Positions 18,991 through 25,946 of a DNA stretch of 64,000 bases are shown here, piece by piece. A model generated the notes under the pieces. The model was not told the DNA's origin and ran no database searches. It saw only the letters and a list, made by a program, of their open reading frames with translations. The DNA comes from Xenococcaceae cyanobacterium (GTDB lineage Bacteria; Cyanobacteriota; Cyanobacteriia; Cyanobacteriales; Xenococcaceae): positions 31,126-95,125 of the forward strand of contig JBFRWK010000058.1 of NCBI GenBank assembly GCA_051439545.1, given 5' to 3'. Position 1 is the stretch's first letter. Each line of letters opens with the position of its first letter. Both the position numbers and the translations under genes were made by a program.

Positions 18991-19909
18991 TTCTCTTTCC
19001 GCTATCACCAATAGTTAGAGATAAATTTTGTAATAAACCTGCGCGAATCAACTGTATTTTGATAGTTTTGCCTACATTTTGTGGTTCTAAATAGGCTTGG
19101 ACATCTCTTAACTTTTCTATAGGGGTATCTTCAATTGAAGTTAAAATATCTCCCAGTAAAACGCCAGCTTGTTCGGCGGGAGCTAATGGTTCTAAGTTGA
19201 CTACCATCAATCCTTGCTTGGTATTTAAAGACAACTTATCGACTAAAGAGTCGGGTAAATAAACGGGTTGCATTGCCAACCCCAGATAACCCCGACTAAT
19301 ATTTCCCGTGGACAACAACTGCTCGACAACGCGATCGACCGTAGTAGCAGGTATAGTCAAGACGCTGCGACGAGGGCCAGTAGTATTGAAACCTACAACT
19401 TTTCCTGCTGCATTGACTAAAGCACTACCGCCACTTCCAGGGTAGAAATTAAGGTCTAAACGAATAAAGCGATCGATCTTTCCCCCCAGACTGCTGCGCC
19501 ATGAACCACCTACAGTACTAATTACTCCCTGAGAGACAAACAAACCTCTATCTTTGTCTCGACCAACAGCAAGTGCCAAATGACCTACTTTAAGTTCGCA
19601 GTTGCTATCTATAGGTGCAATAGGTAGAGAAACTTCAGTTTGAAATACGGCTACATCCGTACTGCGATCGCGTCCCAATAGAGTAACGGGGGTAGTTTCA
19701 CCATCGGGCAAAATTACGCTAATTCCTTCAGAACGTTTGATATTTTCTTCAGAGGTAATAATTATGCCTTCACGCCAATAGATACCGCTACAAGGAAAAC
19801 GCTGCCCTTCGATCGCGACTACAGATTTACCCACATTTTCGGCAATATCGGCTAAAGAATCTGAAAAAGCTACTAAGGAATTATTAATTGAATTTGATGC
19901 TGATGTCAT
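18980..19909 (-). CDS. HtrA-like protein with PDZ-like C-terminus and degenerate catalytic motifs (probable pseudoprotease)
   Basis: Trypsin-fold similarity is present ('STDVAVFQ', 'GVISTVGG'). The His box reads 'IIITSEENI' and the Ser box reads 'YPGSGGSALVN'. The C-terminal region 'GYLGL..GLMVVNLEP..PAEQAGVLLGDIL' is PDZ-like. Confidence 0.65.
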   Translation of the reverse strand: MTSASNSINNSLVAFSDSLADIAENVGKSVVAIEGQRFPCSGIYWREGIIITSEENIKRSEGISVILPDGETTPVTLLGRDRSTDVAVFQTEVSLPIAPIDSNCELKVGHLALAVGRDKDRGLFVSQGVISTVGGSWRSSLGGKIDRFIRLDLNFYPGSGGSALVNAAGKVVGFNTTGPRRSVLTIPATTVDRVVEQLLSTGNISRGYLGLAMQPVYLPDSLVDKLSLNTKQGLMVVNLEPLAPAEQAGVLLGDILTSIEDTPIEKLRDVQAYLEPQNVGKTIKIQLIRAGLLQNLSLTIGDSGKRNER

Positions 19910-20008
19910 TGATTAGATATTGAACTTAACGCTATTTGTATTTTGCTCAATTTAATTACTCACCTACATCAGTTATTTGGGTAGATATTGACCTAGAAAT
20001 TCGGGTAG

Positions 20009-20161
20009 GTTGAAACTCTCTCTAACCAAATAAACCAACTTTTAACTACTATTGGTAGGGATATTAATAATTCTCCCGAAAAAACTCGCGCTATGGTTTA
20101 CGAATCCGATCCTGATGCAGAATGGGCAACTCAGGAAATACAAATTACAGTTACAGAGTAA
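20009..20161 (+). pseudogene. orphan 3' fragment of a caspase-family gene
   Basis: It encodes '..QLLTTIGRDINNSPEKTRAMVYESDPDAEWATQEIQITVTE*'. This is a paralogue of the tail of the caspase wreck at 24344-24494 ('..EKTRAMIYESEPEAEWATQQIQITVTK*'). Stops lie just upstream. Confidence 0.65.
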
Positions 20162-20215
20162 GGAATTTTGACTATTTAAAAAGATTTGAAGCTATAATCT
20201 TCTAATTTTACCTAT

Positions 20216-20395
20216 TTAACTGGAAGAAGCTTGATTAGTTAAACGTTGGTTTCGATTTTGACGGGAAACCATTTCTAACTGAACAATAATTTCTTCCAAT
20301 TCTAGGGTTGCTAATTCTAATTGTTGACGCGACTTACGGGATTTTGAGATCGTCTGTTGGATTTGTTCGCGATTAGGTAGAGGATACTTGTTCAT
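20216..20395 (-). CDS. hypothetical small protein (59 aa from the internal ATG)
   Basis: 'MNKYPLPNREQIQQ..'. Its ATG overlaps the stop of the upstream (MITE-disrupted) ORF in an ATGA arrangement. Confidence 0.35.
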   Translation of the reverse strand: MNKYPLPNREQIQQTISKSRKSRQQLELATLELEEIIVQLEMVSRQNRNQRLTNQASSS

Positions 20396-20906
20396 AATAA
20401 ACCCCAATCAGTTTTTATTTCTTGGGTGCTACGCTCTAGAGCAGGAATACGATTATCAATTGTAGCAATTCTCTCCTCTAATAACCTTAGCAGATCGGGA
20501 GTTATAGCTGGTTGTATCTCTGCTGTTCTTAAGAGTAATCTGGATATTTGAATGTAAAGATCGGCTGCTTGTTGAGAGATTGCGGTTAGTTCATCTAAGA
20601 GGATATCTGAAAAGTTTTTTTATACTGAATTTTGCCCCCCTAACCCCCCAATTCTGGGGGGAATATATAATAAAAGTCCCCCAACTTACCCCCAATGTTG
20701 GGGGTCACGGGGGCAGGGGATTTAGGGGGCTGAGATGTAACAAATTAGACTTCTCAGACAAGATCTAAAGCAATAATTGTTTCATTTGTCTCTCCAAAAC
20801 GTTCTAGAAGTAAAAACTCGGCTGCTTTGGCTTCATCGACAATATCCAGAAGTGTTTTCTGTAAATTTGCTAGGTTTAGTTTGAGTTCTGGGGAGATTTT
20901 TGCCAT
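20392..20906 (-). pseudogene. 114-codon ORF interrupted by a MITE
   Basis: 'MAKISPELKL..NETIIALD' (from ATG 20906) and 'ELTAISQQAADLYIQ..KTDWGLL*' are separated by the 164-bp element. Removing the element plus one ATCTAA copy leaves 345 nt, i.e. 115 codons in one frame. Confidence 0.7.
20599..20762. mobile_element. MITE (164 bp) with imperfect terminal inverted repeats and a 6-bp target-site duplication
   Basis: ATCTAA occurs at 20593-20598 and 20763-20768. Ends are 'gaggatatctgaaaagt' and 'acttctcagacaag'. The core 'ttttgcccccctaaccccccaattctgggggg..cccccaacttacccccaatgttgggggtcacgggggcaggggatttaggggg' is shared with 31431-31775. Confidence 0.75.
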
Positions 20907-21042
20907 TGCTATAAGATATTAACAACATCTAGACTTAACTCTATAATCGATATAAGCCTTGTTGTTGTGATGTATAAAGTATAATTACATTGACAATTAA
21001 TCGAAATAAATTTTTCCTAACCACTCCCCACTAAAACCTAAT

Positions 21043-22770
21043 GTGTCGGAAAGAAAATTATTAGCACAAGAAACTTCTAGCCAAGATAAGAAGATGGATA
21101 AATGGGCGGTAATAGTTGGTATCTCCGAATACCAATATCAACCTTGGAATCTGAATTATGCTCATCGGGATGCCGAAGAACTTTATAAATTATTGCTCAC
21201 CAAAAACGGCAGTCATTTTAAAAAAGAAAATATTACATTACTCACTAATCAACAAGCAACTAAACGCAACATCGGGATCGCACTTCATGATTTTCTGCAA
21301 AAACCAGACAGGGATGATTTAGTTATCATTTATTTTGCCTGTCATGGCGCACCCGATCCCAATAGACCCAATAACAACCTTTATTTACTGACATATGATA
21401 CCGAACCAGATAAAATAGCTGCTACTGGGTTAAGAATGCAGGAAATTAATGATGCCTTGAAAGATATATTGATAGCAGAAAAAGTAATTATCTTGGCAGA
21501 TACTTGTCATAGTGGCGGAATAGGCGGAAGAATCGGTAATAGAAATGCTTGCCAAAGCTCAGATTTGATGAATCGGTATTTACATCGTTTAAGTAATTCC
21601 AAAGGTGGAGTTGCTCTTTTAACTTCTGCCGAAGCCAGAGAAGTATCGCGAGAAGGAAAACAATGGGGAGGAGGACACGGAGTTTTTACCCATTTTGTTT
21701 TAGAAGGAATGCGTGGTGCAGCAGATGAAGATGGTGATGGAATAGTTACTACTGGGGAGCTATTTGAATATGTTCGAGAGAAGGTTAAACAAGAAACAGA
21801 TTATAGGCAGCATCCACATATTGGCTCGAATGGGTTCGATCGCAATTTACCCCTCGCAATTGCCAATAAACAAATCCAAATCTTAACTTTTCAGGTTATC
21901 ACAGTTAAAGAAGCAGAACTTTTCACCGAAGATTTAGGCGATGGCGTAACTCTAGAAATGGTCAAAATTCCTGGGGGAAAATTTTTGATGGGGACAGAAG
22001 ATGAGGAAATAGAAAAACTCTGCCAAACTTATAATGTGGAACATTTTAGAAGAGAAAGACCACAGCATGAGGTAAACGTTCCTAGTTTTTGGATGGGACA
22101 ATATCCCATTACGCAAGCACAATGGCGCATAGTAGCAGGATGGGAATCAATAGAAAGAGAATTAAACCCAGACCCCTCCTATTTTAAAGATAACTACGAA
22201 GGAAGAGACAGATGGACTAGACCAGTAGAAAATATTTCTTGGGAGGAGGCAGTAGAATTTTGTGCCAGGTTAAGTAAAAAAACCAATGGTAAATATCGCT
22301 TACCCACAGAAGCAGAATGGGAATACGCTTGTCGTGCTGGAACAGTAACACCATTTCACTTTGGCAAAACTATCTCTACTAAATTGGCTAATTATCGAGG
22401 CACTGACTTTGAATATGAAGGCAAAATGTATCCAGGGAATTATGGAAATGGGCTAAAAGGCATTTATAGAAAACAAACAACCCCAGTAGGATACTTTCAA
22501 GTTGCTAATGCTTTTGGTTTGTACGATATGCACGGAAACGTTTGGGAATGGTGTGCCGACTACCCGCACAATAGTTATGATGGTGCGCCAAGGGATGGCA
22601 GTGCTTGGGTGACAGGAGGAAATCCCGAACGCCGAATAGTACGGGGCGGTTCCTGGAACGATCTTCCTGCGAATTGTCGCTCTGCCCACCGCAACAATAA
22701 TACCCCCGCCAACCGCAACTTCATTATCGGTTTTCGGGTTGTGTGCGCGGTGCTGCCAGGACTCTTCTAG
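21043..22770 (+). CDS. orthocaspase (peptidase C14) fused to a C-terminal FGE-sulfatase / C-type-lectin-fold domain
   Basis: Caspase dyad contexts 'IIYFACHGAP' (His) and 'ILADTCHSGG' (Cys). C-terminal 'ERPQHEVNVPSFWMGQYPITQAQW', 'EAEWEYACRAG', 'HGNVWEWC', '[22 protein letters not shown]'. Start is GTG 21043 or ATG 21094. Confidence 0.85.
   Translation: MSERKLLAQETSSQDKKMDKWAVIVGISEYQYQPWNLNYAHRDAEELYKLLLTKNGSHFKKENITLLTNQQATKRNIGIALHDFLQKPDRDDLVIIYFACHGAPDPNRPNNNLYLLTYDTEPDKIAATGLRMQEINDALKDILIAEKVIILADTCHSGGIGGRIGNRNACQSSDLMNRYLHRLSNSKGGVALLTSAEAREVSREGKQWGGGHGVFTHFVLEGMRGAADEDGDGIVTTGELFEYVREKVKQETDYRQHPHIGSNGFDRNLPLAIANKQIQILTFQVITVKEAELFTEDLGDGVTLEMVKIPGGKFLMGTEDEEIEKLCQTYNVEHFRRERPQHEVNVPSFWMGQYPITQAQWRIVAGWESIERELNPDPSYFKDNYEGRDRWTRPVENISWEEAVEFCARLSKKTNGKYRLPTEAEWEYACRAGTVTPFHFGKTISTKLANYRGTDFEYEGKMYPGNYGNGLKGIYRKQTTPVGYFQVANAFGLYDMHGNVWEWCADYPHNSYDGAPRDGSAWVTGGNPERRIVRGGSWNDLPANCRSAHRNNNTPANRNFIIGFRVVCAVLPGLF
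22639..22769 (+). repeat. VR-like repeat: last 131 nt of the orthocaspase-FGE CDS
   Basis: 124/131 identical to 22956-23086. See findings. Confidence 0.7.
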
Positions 22771-22818
22771 CCCTTTACCCTCTTACCCTTTTGCCCTCTG
22801 CCCTTCTTTTCTTTGCCC

Positions 22819-22852
22819 TTTTTTTCGCGCGTAGCGCGAGCAATTTTTTTTT
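22819..22852 (+). terminator. GC hairpin flanked by T-runs downstream of the orthocaspase gene
   Basis: 'tttttt-TCGCGC-gta-GCGCGA-gcaattttttttt'. The stem is 22825-22830 / 22834-22839 and the T-run is 22844-22852. Confidence 0.6.
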
Positions 22853-22955
22853 CTATTTCAGACTCGATATCATTACTCATTACTTAATTTTTTAAGTAAT
22901 CTATACAAAATCGATTTAGGATCGCACTACAATTAATATCGGGGCAGGCATCAGT

Positions 22956-23086
22956 AAACGGGGCGGTTCCTGGAACAATAATCCTGCGAATTGTCGCTCT
23001 GCCCACCGCAACAATAATACCCCCGCCAACCGCAACTTCATTATCGGTTTTCGGGTTGTGTGCGCGGTGCTGCCAGCACTCTTCTA
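22956..23086 (+). repeat. TR-like repeat: non-coding, adenine-rich copy of the gene's 3' end
   Basis: Read in the VR frame it would encode '[43 protein letters not shown]', but it has no upstream coding context or start. Confidence 0.6.
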
Positions 23087-23238
23087 CTGTCAGAACTGGG
23101 CAATGGGAATTGTTCGGGCGTACTCAGAAGAGTCCAGACCTGTTCCAGCGAGGAAGGCAACGACCTCCGAAAATAAAACAGAGCCAGATAGCTTGGTAGG
23201 CGTGAGTCGAAGAGTTGTCTGGCTCATCTAATTTTAAA

Positions 23239-23408
23239 GCCCCCTAAATCCCCCAATCTTGGGGCAATACTGTTCGGTTAGTCTTTCAAGTTATTTCGTT
23301 CGCCCCCTAAATCCCCCAATCCTGGGGGACTTTAACGAATCTGACTCCCCCAAATTTGGGGGCTGGGGGGCTTAACCGAACGGTATTGAATCTTGGGGGA
23401 CTTTGACG
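23239..23408. repeat. MITE-like unit ('gccccctaaatcccccaatcYtgggggactttRacga') hosting a nested element
   Basis: The unit is split at 23264/23389 by the element below. An uninterrupted copy of the same motif sits inside that element (23302-23338). Confidence 0.6.
23265..23388. mobile_element. 124-bp MITE nested in another repeat, with 16-bp TIRs and a 10-bp target duplication
   Basis: TIRs are 'caatactgttcggtta' (23265-23280) and 'taaccgaacggtattg' (23373-23388), matching at 15/16 positions. A perfect direct repeat AATCTTGGGG lies at 23255-23264 and 23389-23398. Confidence 0.7.
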
Positions 23409-23453
23409 ACCAATGTAGATAAATCTACGCCTGATAAACAGTAAACAGCAAGC

Positions 23454-23651
23454 CTAATCATAAACCTCTTCTGTTGAAATGCCTCTAACTCCTGTTTTCC
23501 TACGCTTGCGAATTGCTAAAAGCTGTTGTTTAAACTCTTCTTTTACTGTCTTACCCTCATCTAGATCTGTCAGGAACTCCTCTAGAGTTTCCTTGACAGT
23601 TTCTCTAATTAGGGTTTTTAGTTCATCAAAGGTAAGATCTTTAACCTGCAT
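23454..23651 (-). CDS. small antitoxin-like protein (65 aa), orphan
   Basis: 'MQVKDLTFDELKTLIRETVKETLEEFLTD..' resembles small acidic antitoxin-type proteins common in cyanobacteria. An overlapping ATGA start opens a downstream ORF that runs only ~19 codons before entering MITE sequence. Confidence 0.4.
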   Translation of the reverse strand: MQVKDLTFDELKTLIRETVKETLEEFLTDLDEGKTVKEEFKQQLLAIRKRRKTGVRGISTEEVYD

Positions 23652-23877
23652 AGTTGAGATTTTAAGATTTTAAAGTAACGTTCTTAAGTTAAGTGTAGTC
23701 GAGCGATAATTATCTTTGAGGTATTAAAAAGACCACAATTATTCAAGATATGATTTGATCAAAACAGGAGCAAACCTATTTTGTAGCAGTTTCGCGATCG
23801 CTAACCAAGATCGGACTCTAAGCAAAATAAAAAAATTTAAGCTCTTGCTACATAAAAAGTAGCGTGAGAACAGAATT

Positions 23878-24494
23878 ATGACTGAATTAAGCAAATTTTA
23901 TGCTTTATTAATTGGGATCGATCGCTATGAACCCAATAGATATTACAAAGATTTGAAAGGTTGTGTTAGGGATATCGATCTAGTAGATGAATATGTTCGC
24001 AATACCCTCAAAGTACCGACAGAGCAGATCTGGAAATTGACCTCTCCCTTTGAAGAGACTTCGATTCTTTCTGAAATTCGATCGACACGACAGGAAGTAA
24101 AACCAACCTATGCCAACATAGTCCAGGCATTTAAGGAAATAACCGATACAGCGCGATCGGGAGGGTGGACAACACCACGGTGCATTAACTTACTGGATGA
24201 TGGACACTCTGACTAGCAGTACTTCTGTCTTAACCTACAAATCCCTCTACAATCGGATTAAGGGAATGATTCAGAGTAAATTTCCTCAACAATTACCAAT
24301 GTTGATAGGAGATAGCGGCAGAAGAATTGAGAACAAGAGGAGAAGCTCAAACTATTAATCCTCTCAATAATCTCTTGACTGCTATTGGTAGTGATGTTAC
24401 TAATCCTCCAGAAAAAACTCGCGCTATGATTTACGAGTCAGAACCAGAAGCAGAATGGGCAACTCAGCAGATCCAAATTACGGTTACAAAGTAG
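23878..24494 (+). pseudogene. caspase-family gene wreck (catalytic core deleted, frameshifted)
   Basis: N-terminus 'FYALLIGIDRYEPN..LKGCVRDIDLV'. After a frame change it reads 'HGALTYWMMDTL..LTYKSLYNRIKGMIQSKFPQQLPMLIGD', then the tail 'EKTRAMIYESEPEAEWATQQIQITVTK*'. The His/Cys dyad region is absent. Confidence 0.7.
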
Positions 24495-24503
24495 AGAAGT
24501 TCG

Positions 24504-25415
24504 ATGAAAAAAATTCTGATTTTATACTCAAATCCTAGAGGCGATCTCAAGTTAACTAGAGAAATCAAAGACTTGCAGAATGTCATCAAACGCTCCAAAA
24601 ACCAGTCTCAATTAGAGACGGAGTTAGAGTTAGATGTACATCCAGAAGAGTTGCAGGATTTATTACTAGAACACGAACCAAGAATTGTTCATTTTTGTGG
24701 GCATGGAACTGGAGAGTCAGGTTTGGTGCTAGAAGATCAAGCTGGACAGGAACAAGTAGTTAGTACAGAAGCTCTATCTAATCTGTTTGAGCTTTTTGAC
24801 AAGGAGGTTGAGTGCGTTTTGCTCAATGCTTGTTATAGCGAAATCCAAGCTAAGGAGATTGTGCAACATATTAACTATGTGGTGGGCATGAGTCATGAGA
24901 TTAGGGACGATGCAGCGATCGCTTTTGCCACGGGTTTTTATCGGGCATTAGGCTGGGGGAAATCCATTGAGGAGTCTTACAAGTTTGGTCGCAATGCGAT
25001 TCAAATTCAGATTGCCAAAGCTAATACTTCCCGTTCCCGAAGCTCTGGAGAAAGTCGCAAGTTGATAGCTGTCGATGTCGCCGAGCCAGTTATCATTCCA
25101 GAAGACTTAAAACCAGTTCTGAAGAAGAAGTCACCTCTGACTCCTTTCCCAAAAAAAGTGACCTCCGCTCCCTCAGTTGATTATCCAGATTCGTTAACTC
25201 AATCTCATTTTCCCCCCGAACTGATCGCAGCAGTTGAATCAGAAGAGCGTTATAAGGGATATCGAGAGCGGGCAAGAGAGACTTGGGATGAGTTTGGGCA
25301 ATCCCATCTTGTTGAGAGAGAACCCATAGGTCAAAATGAATATCGTCAGCGCAAAACCTTATTAAATAAAGTCAAAGACTTCTGGATCGAAGGTTTTCTC
25401 AAGCCTTCTTTATGA
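24504..25415 (+). CDS. caspase/CHAT-like (His-Cys dyad) N-terminal effector domain typical of cyanobacterial STAND NTPases; truncated before the NTPase
   Basis: 'ILILYSNPRGDLKLTREIKDL', 'RIVHFCGHGTGESGLVLED', 'VECVLLNACYSE', 'YVVGMSHEIRDDAAIAFATGFY'. It ends at '..VKDFWIEGFLKPSL*', exactly where a NACHT/NB-ARC module normally starts. Confidence 0.6.
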   Translation: MKKILILYSNPRGDLKLTREIKDLQNVIKRSKNQSQLETELELDVHPEELQDLLLEHEPRIVHFCGHGTGESGLVLEDQAGQEQVVSTEALSNLFELFDKEVECVLLNACYSEIQAKEIVQHINYVVGMSHEIRDDAAIAFATGFYRALGWGKSIEESYKFGRNAIQIQIAKANTSRSRSSGESRKLIAVDVAEPVIIPEDLKPVLKKKSPLTPFPKKVTSAPSVDYPDSLTQSHFPPELIAAVESEERYKGYRERARETWDEFGQSHLVEREPIGQNEYRQRKTLLNKVKDFWIEGFLKPSL

Positions 25416-25563
25416 AAGCTTGGTTTTAATTTATGAAGTTTATTCGCCAGAAGACATGAGAGGGCGAGTTGAATTTTTGTAGTGCGATCGCTTTTCGAGC
25501 GGTTTTGTTTGTGCGTACCAAAAAGCGTACGATATTAAATATAAGTATTCAAACACTTAAACT

Positions 25564-25812
25564 ATGGAAAATATCTCAGTTTCTAACGCCCGTAGTAACC
25601 TTTATCGCCTCATCGATGAAACCGCAGAATCTCATACGCCGATCGCGATCGTGGGCAAACGCAACACGGCAGTTTTAGTATCTCTAGAAGATTGGGATGC
25701 CATTCAAGAAACCCTTTATCTAATGTCAATTCCTGGCATGAGAGATTCAATTGTTGAAGGAATGGCGACTCCTTTATCAGAATGTGCAACAGAGGATGAA
25801 TTGGAGTGGTAG
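25564..25812 (+). CDS. Phd/YefM-family antitoxin
   Basis: 'MENISVSNARSNLYRLIDETAESHTPIAIVGKRNTAVLVSLEDWDAIQETLYL'. Confidence 0.8.
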   Translation: MENISVSNARSNLYRLIDETAESHTPIAIVGKRNTAVLVSLEDWDAIQETLYLMSIPGMRDSIVEGMATPLSECATEDELEW

Positions 25813-25946
25813 AATCTCAACCTTGGGAACTTCGCTACACCAAACAAGCTCTTAAAGATGCTAAAAAGCTTAGTTCAGCGAATTATGACTATTTAACAGG
25901 ATCTGATATTATTATCCCTCAAGAGCGCAAGGGTAAACAAATTTGA
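25806..25946 (+). pseudogene. truncated RelE/ParE-type toxin remnant
   Basis: A GTG overlapping the antitoxin stop opens 'VVESQPWELRYTKQALKDAKKL..', which stops after 46 codons. The 3' part overlaps the end of the convergent kinase gene. Confidence 0.5.

Noticed and set aside
22956-23086. Treating the downstream 131-nt copy as an ordinary tandem duplication remnant
   Set aside because: Not fully rejected, but disfavoured. All five internal mismatches coincide with adenines of the downstream copy, which make up 28 of its 131 positions. Homology starts abruptly at the 'RGGSW' codons and ends exactly at the stop codon, as expected for a TR/VR pair rather than a random duplication.
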